Origin: Monocercomonoides exilis PA203
Lineage: Eukaryota; Protista; Preaxostyla
Assembly: GCA_001643675.2 (NCBI GenBank)
Contig: LSRY02000039.1
Span: 1 to 64,000, forward strand
Length of the DNA stretch: 64,000 nucleotides
Reading direction: 5' to 3'
Each line of letters begins with the position of its first letter. Within the stretch, counting starts at the first letter, position 1. Position numbers and translations under genes: made by a program. Shown piece after piece: positions 1 through 13,055 of this stretch. The notes below the pieces were generated by a model. The model made no database searches, was not told the origin of the DNA, and saw only the letters and a list, made by a program, of their open reading frames with translations.

Positions 1-689
1 ATGTTAGGGTTTCAAACCCAAATTAACTTGTTGGGGTTGAATTATGTTGCATAAAATGCTCAATTAAAAAATATAAAATAATTTCACACTAAACAAAAAA
101 AAAAAGAAAAAAATTAAATAAAATAATAAAATAAAATAAAAAAATAAAATAAAAAAATAAAATAAAAAATAAAATAAAAAAATAAAATAAAAAAATAAAA
201 TAAAAATAAAGCTCTATTCAAATTGTGGACAAGTTAAATTGAATCTATTCAAAGTATATTTGAGTGCCTACTAGTTAAATTTCAATTATCAATCATTTTA
301 TTGAGATTGTTGTTGAATATAATTGATTTCAAAAATTTAGTTCAAAACTATATTTGCAGAGAAATAATAATTTGATTCATTCCAAAATAAAAATTTCCAA
401 ACAAAAGAAAGATAAAATCATTTGGTTAATCACGACTTTAAGTAACATTCAGAAACTCGTTTTTTTCGGATTTTTTGTGAAAGAATGATTTAACATCAAA
501 AATAAAACATGCCAAGGGTGAAATTTCCATTTTTAAAAACTTTTTTTTCAATGAAAAAAATTAAAAATTATAATTTTTTTGTGGAAATGAACAATTTGTG
601 TTCAAAAATTTCAAAAATTCAAAGATTCGAAAACAGAAAAATACATTATTATAATCTAAGATGTTTTCATTTCTTCATCAAAAATAGAA

Positions 690-1534
690 ATGTACAAAAT
701 TGTGGATTCCAAAAGAGATATTCATGCAATTCCCAAAATTCATAAGGATAACAATTCAACGTGGGATTGGATTTTTCATTTTTTCAATATCAATGCCCAA
801 AAATGTCCAAAATGTCGGAAATCTATAAAATTGGAGAATGTTGCTAAGATTTGTCGATGGAGATGCAATGACTGCTCTTAATATCTATCCATATTAGGTG
901 GAACTCCTTTTTTCATTGTCGCATTGAATTGAAAACGTTGGTTTTGATACAACTGTATAAACTCATTGGACCACACATTTATCAAACAAGTCTTTGAACA
1001 AACATAAGTGAAAATTCGATTGAGTTTTAAAATTCTGTCACCAGAGCAAGTCTTTTCACTTTGGCTGTTGAAGGATTTCGAAAACTTGGAAGAATTAATT
1101 CAATTGAAGAAAGAGATGAAGCTATTCTTAGAAAAGAAAATTTCACAAAGGGAGAAAGAAAGCTCAAATTTGGATTTATGGAATGATCGAACTGTCAGTG
1201 GATGGAGAAAAAGTCAAATGCATTCTGATAAGAGTGAAAGATCGAAAGAAAAACACTCTATTAAAAATTATTCGAGCGATTGTTATTGAGAGAACAACAA
1301 TCAATATAGATGAATGGAAAGCCTATTAGTTCTTGAAAGAACTCGGATATCCTCAGAAAACAGTGTGCCATAAATGTAACTTCAAAGGTCCAACAACAGG
1401 CATATGTTCTAACATAATTGAAGGAACCTGGAGCTTATTAAGGAAAAGCTTTCCTCCAACAGGAATAAGCGATAATTTCATTGATGATTATCTTTAAAGC
1501 TTCATAAGCTAAAGAGATAAAGAATTGACATCTG
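690..1534 (+). pseudogene. Decayed Merlin/IS1595-family transposase, 5' and catalytic part, interrupted by element C
   Basis: Across frames: KCPKC..WRCNDC, DEAILRKRKFHKGR, WIYGMIE, INIDEWKAY, TVCHKCNF, SNIIEGTWSLL, DDYL. In-frame stops and frameshifts present. Confidence 0.88.
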
Positions 1535-2260
1535 GGTATTTTTTTTGAAAAGTCACAAAATATTAATTGATCTGAAAATCAGATCAAAAATGATCAGAAA
1601 ATATTGATCATTCCGTTCCCATATTATTTCTCAAATTAAATCATGTTTTGTGTTTTTTCTGTCTCTTTCAAAAATATTTTTAAAAATTGTTTATATATGA
1701 TGAATATTTTTAACTTTATTATAACATTCACTTTTAGTTTATATTGTTTTCGTGTTGCTTGAATCTACGAATTGATATGTTTCTATTTCTTGATTTTCAT
1801 TTCATTGGTGATATTTTTCGTTAAAATCTTTTGAATTCTGTTAAATTATATAATGCTTTTAATTGCAAGAAAATAAATAAGAAAAAATAGTTCGTTTTGG
1901 TAATTTTTTCTTGATATTTTTGATTATTGAAATATTTTTGTTTCATACGCATAGCATTCAAATCACATTCAAATAAACGTGCAAGAAAGAAAAAGATTCA
2001 GATGTTGAATTGAAAAAATGAAATAAACAAACAATTTATTTTTCGAAAAGCACTTATTCTGTAAACAAGAAAAAGAACAAGTTAATCATTTTGAGGAACA
2101 AGTTATGAATGAAAATCCTTGCTGTTTTGATTATTTATCCTTCTTATTTTCATATATTTTTCATTTCATTTTGAATCCTTTGCGTGAAGACATCCAGTTT
2201 TGTACTTTTCAATCACTTGAGAAAAGGTTTGCAATTCTAACTGATCAGTATCTCTTGTCA

Positions 2261-5200
2261 CATGAAGATGTCATCTTTGTGCAGTTGTTGGAGCTTCCAG
2301 CAGGGGTGATGGGGTATCTGAAAAATCTTCTTGTTGCTGGTTCCGTGCAGCAGTCGTCTTTTCGCTCAAGTCCTTTGTCTTTTTTGTCTTCTTCAACTGG
2401 AGCATCACGCCGATCAACTTAACCTTTCAGGAGGTGGAAAAGCGAAGAGGAGAAGGTTGAAGGGCATAAGCCCATCATCATCCTCATTTGTATCTACAGT
2501 TGATCCTTCGGAGGCATCGGCGGTAGCTGTGTTTTACACGTCATTAGCAGCGATGGACAGCATCGAAAGACGGCTGCGGATTGTGATGCCAGAATAACTT
2601 GGGCATATGTTCTGCACATGTCGCTGTCGCTGAAGATGCTGTGGGAACATGCTGTCATGTGGCTTGCTGTGAGGTTCGTGGACATTTTGAACATACGCAA
2701 TGAAAAGCTTTCGGCGATGCTTTTTGTTCCGCTGGTGGCTCCACTTCAGTCGCTTGCAATGTCTGTGGGAAAGAAGTTGGGGAGAAAGCGGATATTATCG
2801 GTGGCAGATATGAATGAGTTATTGTCGATTAACGATCAATTTTTTCCCTTCGCTGAAGATATGGCAATTGCAGTTGTTGAGGTGTGTGGAGTGAAACTGG
2901 ACGATAAAATGACGGGAAGATGTGCAGCAATGTTTGAAAAGGGGAAGAGCTGAAGAACAAGAAGGAAGACTTAAAGAGGATGAAGGCGAATGCGGTGTAG
3001 AAGCTTAGCAAGACGGACGGGAAGTACGAGGGGCATGTTGTAAAGCTGGGGATGGAGAAGGAGGGGCTGGGACGGCAGATCCGGGAGCTGAAGGAGCAGC
3101 ACGAGGAGGTGAAGCAGGAGATGGAAAAGCTGTACTCGGAGTTCCACATGCTGCTGCAGAAGATCCGGGACGATGAGCGTATCTCGAAGCGGACGAGCGG
3201 GCTGTCGGAGCAGTTGCAGGAGAAGTACAAGATCATCCGGATGCTGTAGAGGAAGATTCTGGAGCTGAGTAAGGAGCACAACACAAAGGTGAAGGAAGTG
3301 AAGGAGCAGCTGTTGGTGATGAATGAGAATGTGGAGTTGACTGATGTAGTGATTGAGAAGGTTAAGAAGAAGCAGATGCAGGAGAGTGTGATGGTGAGTG
3401 TGGATGACAAGCGGACCACAGTTGTTTTGGTGGTAACTCTAGCTATGCCTTCTTCGTTGGCCTCAGCGGAAAGAGAGATGATTCTGTTTTCTTCTTCGCA
3501 GATTCTGCCTTCTGGGTTTTGTGAAAACACCCATGAGAAGCTTGAAGCAACCGTCAAAATTGCCGTGTTTCAAAGCTATTACCAAACTTGAACAGGAAGG
3601 TGGTTGCAGTGAAAGTCGGGAGCGGGATGAGTGTTGTGGGAAGAAGACAACGGTGGGGAGGATGAGGTGGAAGTTAAGGAACGAGACCTGGAATCAGAGA
3701 AAGATATGAAAAGAAAGGTTCTGTCGAAAGTGCAGGAAAAGACGATACACATGTAGAAGGCGTTGTTCAATAGATGACTGAGAAGCTGCAGACGGAGTTT
3801 GCGCAATAGAAGTGGGAGCAGAAGAAAATTAATGAGAAACATGAAGAGACAGATGAGTAGCTGACTGAAAAAGCGAAGAAGCTGAAAGAGAAGATGGAAT
3901 GAGGGAACTTTTATGGAAGAAGGAAGGTTCGCAGGAGGAAAATGTTGCAGGTTCAGTGCCTTTGGTGGAGTCCACTCCTATGGGGCTGATGACAAGCACA
4001 GAATTTGAATCGACGGAACATGTGGCGAACGAAACGGCGTATGAGCTTTTAATACCGATCACTTTACAGTCGTTCGTGCAGATGAAGTGTTTGTTGAAGC
4101 CGCAGAAAATAGGGCTGCAGCCGTCGTTGGTGTGGAAGCTGACGTTGATTCTGGGGATATTCGGAGACAAGATCGCAACAGACTTGGGAGAGGGCAGTGC
4201 TGTGTTGGCTAGAGTGGTGGTTCCGAGGCAGTGGTTTTGGGATTTTGTATTCATGTGGCTGAGGGTGAAGCATGCAGCGCAGAAGAAGAGCGAGGCAGCT
4301 ATATTAAGGATGATCTTCGTTGTGAAGCTGTTTCCAAATGACTTTGCGGATGTGTTGTTGCTAGGGAAGTTTGTGCGGGAGGAGAGCAAAGGAGACAAGT
4401 TGTGGTTTTCATGACAACTGCAGAGTGCTATTTGATAGTTTTCAGTTGAAGCCACTTGCAGAAGAGAGCTTGATCTTCCTGATGACTTTGGACAGGATGT
4501 TTCGGAAGTGAATCAATTCAGTGGTTAAAGAGTCTTCGGAGAAGAAAATTGAGATGTTGTTTTTGGGGAGTTTGAGGGATTTTATTCGGAGAAGGGAGAG
4601 GCAGACTCGTCTGTGTTTCTGGGGTGTCTGTTAAATAACACCTGAGCAGAAGAAAAGATGAAAAAAGGTGATAAAGGCGCTGCACGATTCAATATATAGC
4701 TGCGATCCATTGACTTTTTCATCATCATCTTCACACAAAGCTTGGTGAGGGATCATGTATTCGAGGCAGGAGTCTCTTTCGTGTGAGTGCATTCCGCAGA
4801 TACCATACGCGCTGTTGCTGCGGATCTTTCGGGATGTGTACATGTTGTCAAAAGGCCGTTTGCCATCATTTGTTTCGGTGCTAGAGGCGTGTCATCACAA
4901 TTACTTCTTCACACTGTTCCTGAAGAATCAGGATATATTTAATTCCTTCGAAATTTGAGCATATCTGTATCAATCTGAGAAAAGTACGGTAAAGAAGGCA
5001 GTTAGCCTGCATTCTACTCTGTTGAAGATGGCTCTTAATGGCCAGGCGCTGGTGATTTCGAGACATCAACAGGGGCAAGGGCAGGGGCGGTAGTGGAGGT
5101 GGTTCAGAAACGGCAGATGGAGTCAACGCAGTGGGCTATGCGGAAGAAAGAAGGGCAGCTGGCACTGTTGTGGATGGATGGGTTGGTTGTGGAGTTGGCG

Positions 5201-5300
5201 GAACTGCAGATGAAAAGAACGAGGTGGAAAAGGTGATCAGTTTTGGGCTGCTGCTATATGATTGGCAGTGTGTGGAGCTGTGTCACAAGGCAATGGAACG
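2261..5300 (+). pseudogene. GC-richer decayed gene of unknown family with coiled-coil segment (element C cargo 1)
   Basis: Sharp GC rise. Long reading frame broken by stops and frameshifts (…LEHHADQLNLSGGGKAKRR…; MEKEGLGRQIRELKEQHEEVKQEMEK…; SVLEACHHNYFF). Boundaries approximate. Confidence 0.55.
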
Positions 5301-5344
5301 GCAGAGGGAGAGAGGAGGAGTCAATGTATTGTCATGTGTCATCA

Positions 5345-5520
5345 TCTTCCTTTTCCTTCTTCTTTTCTCTCCTTCTCTCCTCCTTCTCCTCCTCCTTCTC
5401 CTTCTCCTTCTCCTTCTTCTCTTCTTTCTTCTCTTCTTTCTTCTCCTTCTTCTTCTCCTTCTTCTTCTCCTTCTTCTTCTCCTTCTTCTCTTCTTCTTCT
5501 TCTTCTTCTTCTTCTTCTTT
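5345..5520 (+). repeat. CTT/CTC pyrimidine microsatellite (mirror ~27888-28066)
   Basis: Directly visible. Unit structure differs between arms. Confidence 0.9.
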
Positions 5521-5937
5521 TATTAATTCTTCCTCTTTTTATTCTCTTTTCCCTTCATTTGAAAAGAAATATGTTCAAAGAAGACAATACGTATCAAGAT
5601 TATTGAAATGCTTGCATCGTACGATAACTACTGTGAAAGAAAATGAAGGTGATAATTAACAGGAAATGGAAGTTGAAAAAAGGATAATTGATGGAATGGA
5701 AGGAAATGCAGGAAAAAAATACAATTTATTTCTCAAAGAATAAGCAAAAATTAGAATCGATATGATTTGAAGAAGAGGAAGAATAAGAAAAAGAAGAAGA
5801 AAACTTATGCGATGAGAATGGCAAAGCCGATGAAAATGTGGATGGAGAAATTAAATGATCTATCTCCAAATGCACACTCAAAGGCTTTTTCACTCGAAAC
5901 CTGTTTGTGTTGTGCTGAAGAAGCAAAAGCAAAAGCA

Positions 5938-6319
5938 GAAGAAGAAGAAGAAGAAGAAGAAGAAGAAGAAGAAGAAGAAGAAGAAGAAGAAGAAGAAGAA
6001 GAAGAAGAAGAAAAAGAAGAAGAAGAAGAAGAAGAAGAAAAAGAAGAAGAAGAAGAAGAAGAAGAAGAAGAAGAAGAGGAAGAGGAAAAGGAAGAGGAAG
6101 AGGAAGAGGAAAAGGAAGAGGAAGAGGAAGAGGAAGAGGAAGAGGAAGAGGAAGAGGAAGAGGAAGAGGAAGAGGAAGAGGAAGAGGAAGAGGAAGAGGA
6201 AGAGGAAGAGGAAGAGGAAGAGGAAGAGGAAGAAGAAGAAGAAGAGGAAGAGGAAGAAGAAGAAGAAGAAGAAGAAGAAGAAGAAGAAGAAGAAGAAGAA
6301 GATGATGATGATGATGATG
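5938..6319 (+). repeat. (GAA)n/(GAAGAG)n/(GAT)n microsatellite (mirror ~27113-27470, 24 bp shorter)
   Basis: Directly visible. The overlapping poly-E ORFs are 186 aa versus 178 aa in the two arms. Confidence 0.95.
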
Positions 6320-6389
6320 AAACATAACAATACATATGCTTTTTCTACATCTTCATCTGTCAATTTATCGCCTTGCGAAATGCATCACA

Positions 6390-8110
6390 CGCTGCCATCC
6401 GCAAGTGGCAGCCCAAATCATATCGAATCTTCCACTTAATTCCAATTCATCTGCAGCCCTTATAGCTCCATTAGCAGTTGTTCTTTCCGGATAAATCCCT
6501 TCATCCTTGTTCCTCCTCATCTGCAGCTCCACAAGCTTCGCCAGCAGACGCACCATTCGGAACATTGCCTACAACACATTTTTTCTTCTCCACCTGCGAT
6601 TTCACAGCATCCACTCTCAGCTTCAGTCCAACCTCAATTTCCCTGTACAACTTCACCTACGATACCTCCGAAAATTTCTTGTGCTCCGTTTCATCAAGCG
6701 CCAAGTCTCTGTCTTATCAAATCGCTCTGAAATCAAACAGCATCTGAAGCACTCTCCGATCAACCACATTGTATTCATCCGGTTGGCTCAAGCGCATCGT
6801 GTAGAAGTTGTAACGATGACTCACATTTCCAGCACCGAATCGAATGATGGAAGAAGGAACACAGACAACTTGAATGCATCTAAATAGTTCCGTAACAACT
6901 GCTCCGGCTGTGTTGGCAGCTTAGACACAGAAAGAAAAGAATCCATTTTATCGTTCACATTGCCTCAACAAGCCCCGCCAAATGACGATGAGAATTTTTC
7001 TGTGATGAAATCGATGGATAGAATCAACATATCACATCAGATTCCATCTTCATCGTCTTTTTCCGATAAGCTGCTCCTCCGCTTCAATTATTCAGTTGTA
7101 ACACTAGAAACATTGTTGCATCTGCGTTTCCATCATCGGGTTCGAAATGCTCTCGTGTGTTGTATCTTATGCAGAAGCATGAAGAACTCTGCACGCCTCT
7201 TCTCTATCTACTTCTTGGTCTTTTTTTGCTAATTTTATTCTTCAACACCTCTCTCCCTCCATATTCTTCTCCCTTTTCTTCTCCCTCTTTGTCTCCCATG
7301 TCTCCTTCCTCTCCTCTGCGCGCTCATCCAGCACCGCCAGCGCAATCACTGCTGGAGACAGAACCACATCCTTCATCCTCAGCCCCATCACATACAGCTT
7401 CTTCTCCACAATCCCCCCCACTTCACACACTGCAATCCCTCGCCCCATCACTTCGTCATCCAGCTTCACCACCACACGCCTCGACTGCGGCGATCGCGAC
7501 ACAAGCCGCGCTATCGCCGACGGAAGCAGCGACGGGTGAAACAGATCGTTGATTAACTGTTACTCATTCAAACTTCCACATCAAATATCCGCTTGCTCCC
7601 CGACTTCGTTCCCACCGACGCTGCAAGAGCATGAAGCTCCACCACCAGCGAAACAGAAAGCATCGCCGAAATCGCCACATCGTACGCACACAACACCTCC
7701 ATACAGCACTCTCCGCCAAGCCACAACATATCCATGCAGCGTCTGTTGCTCCCTCAGTTACAACTTATTTTGATTTTCATACACCCCAGCCACCTCTCGA
7801 TGCAGTCCATATCTCCAGCCGACTTGTTTGACGCCGCCTCCGCCTAGGTATCCGAAGGGTCAATCGCAGGCGCTGATAATAATGGCTGCTCATTCTCTGA
7901 AGATTTCTTCTCTTCGCCCCTACGCCTCCGGAATGGCGAAGTTGATCGGAGTTATGCTCCAGTTAAAGATCTTAAAAAGTTCTGAGAGAAGAGACGACTG
8001 CTATGCTTCCCCGTTCACAAGAAGCTTGATGGGACATATCCCATCACGTCAGCCAGAATTTCAACCAGAAGCAGAAACAGCATCCACTTTCGTATATGAA
8101 TGGTCGACCA
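6390..8110 (-). pseudogene. Decayed paralog of cargo 1 in convergent orientation (element C cargo 2)
   Basis: Minus strand reads ctttaactggagcataactccgatcaacttcgccattccggaggcg, versus 2391+ cttcaactggagcatcacgccgatcaacttaacctttcaggaggtg. Also tttcggcgatgctttctgtttcgctggtgg versus 2709+ tttcggcgatgctttttgttccgctggtgg. Confidence 0.6.
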
Positions 8111-8766
8111 GCTAAGAATACCTGATTTTTTCGTGCAATTTGAAAAGATAGTAGCAGGATATTTTTCCACAATGTATCAATATTAAATGGAAGGGAGAAG
8201 GAAAAGGCACATTCTGAAATGAAAGAAACTTGTTTGATACAAACTGTTTGAATTTAAATATTAGAAGAGATTGCATTTTTGAGTTTGTTGCAAATGGAGA
8301 TTTATTTTGAAAATTCACATATCTAACTTCGATTTTTAACAATAATATTAATAATTGCTCGATGTTAACAGCTTTTAAAATATCTTATAATAACAATGAG
8401 TACAGTATCGATAAAATTTTCTTATTTTATAATTTCTCATAAAAATACTAAAATTAAAGCAAGTTAAAATCTATTTGTCTTTCAACATAGGAAAATATTT
8501 AAAAAGAGGTCTCCATTCGAAAAATCAAAACGTTTATTCGAACAATTGAAATGAAAAGAAAGAAATATGAACAAATTTTTCTGTTGTTTCAAAAAACAAG
8601 AAAAAGAATATTTTTTAACATAAATATGATTAGACAAAGAAAGTGATATATGAAATTTGTTTTATTGAAACGAAATTTTTGGGGATATGTGTGATAAAAC
8701 CAAATAGAAAAAAACAAAGCAATAAATGATGGGAACGGAAAGATCAACATTTTCTGATCATTTGTG

Positions 8767-9637
8767 GGCATAGGTGTATTTAAAGCACATTCCCAATCCT
8801 TGGATATTCTTTAAAACATTGTGATAAATAAAAAGTATATTTAATTATAAAACATTTGTATGGACTGGAATTTTGAAATTCTTTTTGATCCTTGAGAAAA
8901 AACAATTTTTGCAAATCACCCATAAACACTGGTATTTTTCTTATAAAAATGATAAAATAAGATAATTTTAAAATAATAAGCAGCTGTGAGGTCATTTATT
9001 ATTATATACTCTTATTTTATTTATGATTTTTCAAAAAATAAAACATTTTAAAAAATTAATTAAAAAATTTAAATATTTTGATCAATCCCACAATTATATT
9101 TTTAATGTCCAAAAAATTAGAATTTGCTTTCTTTCATCAAGAATTGAACCCTCGTTTGCGAACATACAACAAATCATATATATAAATATAGATTTAAAGT
9201 GTGTGATGAATTATTATCAATATATCATTCAAATCTTTATGAATTTTGTTTATGATTTTTAAGATGAAAATTTTTGTGCAGTTTGAGGATGATTATATTA
9301 CGCAATGATGATCATGAATAAAGAAGCTTTGTTGATGCCATGAAAGTGTGAATTTCATATAAATTAACTTATTTAAAGAATGTTTTAACGATTTTCATTA
9401 TTTTTTTTATTTATTTTTTTACTGAATCAATGTTGAATGTTAAATGCAAGAAGATATTTACAGAAGCAACAACTACTGCACAAATATGAAAGATGGAATG
9501 CGTTTTGCAGCAAATAAAAGAGGGTTTCTTGATTTCGCATTTGTGGGGATGAAATCCAATGCAAATACAGCAAAAGTGGGAAACGATATTTTCATTGAAT
9601 GTTACAACATCACATGCAATATTAACATGTGCAGAAT
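8767..9637 (+). repeat. Left TIR of element B (871 bp)
   Basis: Reverse complement of 17281-18151. Mirrored ORFs have a constant coordinate sum of 26918 (no indels). Confidence 0.95.
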
Positions 9638-12370
9638 TTCAATTTGATCTTCGAGAGCGATATTTCACTCGTAATAACGCAATATATGGTAGAGATGAAT
9701 GTGATTATCAAAAAAGATACAGATCTGATTGGATTTGTAACTATTCACCAGAGCGATACGATTATTGTGAGCAGCGTGAATGGATCAAACGAAAAACAGT
9801 GTGGAACCAACACACTTCCATGTTATTCGATTGAGCATGGACTAATGCATTTGACTTCAGATTTCATGAGTCAAATGATTGTTGTTGAAGAGAGTGCGAT
9901 TGGCTATGAGATAAATATGAGGGAAATGAGTTTGAGCTCAAAAAGAAAGGTTGAATGCAAAGTTGAAATGAAATCTGAAATTGAAAGAACAAAGGATTCT
10001 GTAATATCAACAACAGGAGAAGTTTCATTGCTGAGAGTGTATTTTGTGTTTGATTCGAATTTTATCTCTTCTCACGAATCAGTGATCTCACCAGAAGGAG
10101 GGATTCTTGAAATTATGAATTGCTCATTCACATCAACACAAATGATGCAAGGAGAATATGTTGTATTTGCAAACGTTCCATTTCACATCATTAATACAGC
10201 AGAAGGAGAATTACAAGTTGATGGATGCACAATATCAAATCTTGTACTTCATGAATCAGCATTGTATCTTTCATCGCCACTTCCATCGGTCATTGATTCA
10301 TTAACAATTTGCAATTCAACAATAGAAACTTCTCTGATGGATAAAAATGAATGTGGGCAATTTACACTTATAAATTTCAACACAGAAAATCTCACAGTTG
10401 AGGGAAATGAAGAATCACTTATATCTTGCTTGACAATGAAAAAGACGATGCAATTGACAAATTGCACAATTGGTGGAGTTAGTTCAAAGATTACAAAAGG
10501 GAAATTGATGAAAGTGGAGGATTGCACAGATGTGAAAATGGATAATTGAATATTTGATGGAAGCGTAAAGGAAAGAAATGAGAAGAATTTGAATGAAGGG
10601 GAAGAGATGTGCAGATGGTCAGGATCTCTTGTGGATGTTGTGAAGAGTTCTATGGTAATGAAAGTTTCAACAATCACAAATTCACCAGAAGGCGGAATAA
10701 CAATGAAAGGAGGAAATGTGATTATTGAGAAAGGAGAGTTCATTGACAACAATCCATCAATTGAAGTATATCCTTCTTTGAGAAGAAACATCATTTGTTC
10801 AGATTCCGGAACATTGAATGTGATGTGTTTGAAGGGAGGAGATGGATTGAAGGATAACACATCTCTTTGGATTTTGAATGAAGGGTGCAGTTTTGAAGGT
10901 ATTGTTTCAGAAAGGGATTCATCATTCTTCATTCCAGAGTTGGAAATAGTCGAAATGGAAGAGATGGGAGCAGAACTTCTTCTGAGGTTCAAGGGAAAGC
11001 TGTTGCTTCCATGCAACATATCGTTCAAGATTGTGAAACAAGTTGGTGATGAAGATGTTGTGGAAAGATATGAATTCAATGAAGAAGTACATGTTTCCGA
11101 AAATGAAGTGGATGGAAAAGTCCCCATTGAGACAATAAACAATGCAGGAGAAGAGACAGAAGTGAGTGTGAGTCTTCTGTTTGGAAAGAAAGAATCTCCT
11201 TCATCGATTGATTCATTTGTTCTGAAGAACAGAAGTGAAACAAAAGAAAAGGGAGATGACAGAATTGTCGAGGGAAGAAAAGAAGGAAAATCTTATTGGT
11301 TGTTGATCGTGATTGTGCTTGTTGTTCTTCTTTTGATTATTCTCATCATTGCAGTTGCATTTATTGTTCGATGGAGGAAAGTGAAGAATGAAGCAGAAGA
11401 TCTGAGAGAGATTGTGAATGACAACATCAGAAAAGATCCGAAGGCATTTGAGATGGTGACAATGGAGATGTCGCCTGAGGAGCAGTGGAGGAGAGCGGAG
11501 AGAGAAGCGGAGAAGAAGAACGATGAGAGGATGAAAAAGAGGGTGTATGTGAAAAGCTTGGGACATTCAGAATCATCAGAGCATTTGTTGAGTGAGAGTG
11601 ACTCCACTGAATACATCTTGGGAAAAGACTCAGATAAGATCCCTGATTGGGCATTAGAAAAGGAGGAGGAAGAAGAACTCAGGAAGAGAACGCCATCACC
11701 ATCCATTTCATCCACTTCAACCACAGATTCAGAATCAACTTTTGTTCGAGGGGAGGATTTGTGTCCCACTACCTCATCGATGTCGAATCTGGTGGATGCC
11801 ATGGCGTGCTCATCCCCTCATGAGAAGCTGATTGTGGATCTGAGGGATTCACTGTTCATGCTGCTTCATGGAAGGAATAAGACAAAAGAGATGCCAATTG
11901 GTTCATTGAAGGAAAGAGAACAAACAGCTGCCCAGATCCTGTTCTGGGTAGCTAATCTCGCCCTTCATTCATTTGATGAAATGGACAATCCTCTTCAGTC
12001 ACTTGCCAATCTCAGTCCTCACATTGTTCTGTTCTCCGAACACATGGTGATTTGTATTGTGATGCATTCTGACTTATTATCAGATGATGATTCAGACTCG
12101 TCATCTATCACATCATCAACCGTCGTGACATCTGCAACTGATGATGATGAAAGTGACTCCCTTCCTTCATCAGCGTTTGAGGATGAAGATAGCTTCAAAA
12201 AAGAGTGCTTGAGATGGAAGGCACCGGAACTGTTGATCAATAAGAAGATGGAAGCAACGAAGAAGACAGTGGTGTTTTCGATAGGGATGATGCTGTGGGA
12301 GTGCCTGACGCTGGAGATCCCGTTCGGGGAGTTTGAAGTGAAAATTATGGCTGAAAGCATGATTGTGTGA
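9500..12370 (+). pseudogene. Captured 3' portion of a giant surface receptor/pseudokinase family gene (end of ectodomain, TM, cytoplasmic tail)
   Basis: GNDIFIECYNI, NAIYGRD, QCGTNTLPC, LKGGDGLKDNTSLWIL, TM WLLIVIVLVVLLLIILIIAVAFIV, DPKAFEMVTMEMSPE, RWKAPE, FSIGMMLWECLTL are all collinear with 44250-47100. Frameshifts and a TGA at 10547-10549; no 5' end. Confidence 0.88.
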
Positions 12371-13055
12371 GGAGAGAGTGTGGTGGTGGAGTTGAGAAAG
12401 ATGTGGAAACTACACACCGAATGAGGAAGTGAGTGACATGATGATGGATGTGAATCTGGTGTTATTCAAGAGCATTCAATCGGACACAATTCTTTTGATG
12501 ATGATTCGCGATAATAGTTATCACAGAGACTTAAAGCGAGAATGCATTACTCGAGTATTTTCAAATGCATCGAGTGCGGATGGAAAAATGGAGAGATGAA
12601 AAAGTTCTTTCCAAACAATTCTTTAGGAGAAAGACCAGAATGATAATGCGAAACAAAAGAAAATATGATTCTAATGTATATTTATATGTTTGGAAAAAAT
12701 GAGAATGCAGTGATGAGAAAACAATTGAAACAAAACGAAACAGAAAACAAATTCAAACTTTTTAATAAATGAACGAAATTATCACACATGATTAATCTTT
12801 TGAAATTATGCATTCATTATTTTTATAAGAAAAAACAAAGCTGTGATTATATTTGTTTTTGATTATTTATTTGAGTTTTTTTTGTATATTGATTATGAAA
12901 AAAATTATGCAAATTATTCAAAAAAAATATATGTTTTTTATGTCAAAAAGAAGTTAAAAATCAAATTCCAAATGTGTGTTTTTTTTTAAATTTTCCATTA
13001 TAAATATCATAATTTTTAAATTTTTGATCATCTGCAGAACAATTATATCAAATAC

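Larger units (their letters stand above)
1..8766 (+). repeat. Left arm of giant inverted repeat, outer part (partner 24666-33399)
   Basis: Near-identical reverse complement of 24666-33399. The match stops at ...tttctgatcatttgtg (8766), where element B is inserted. Confidence 0.95.

Noticed and set aside
95-210. (AAAAT/AAAATAAAAAAAT)n array near the arm end as a CRISPR-like or iteron array
   Set aside because: Low-complexity A-rich repeat without unique spacers, in a eukaryotic context.
5131-6439. Poly-E/K/L/S/F ORFs in all six frames (and mirrors at 26993-28284)
   Set aside because: Artefacts of stop-free trinucleotide microsatellites.
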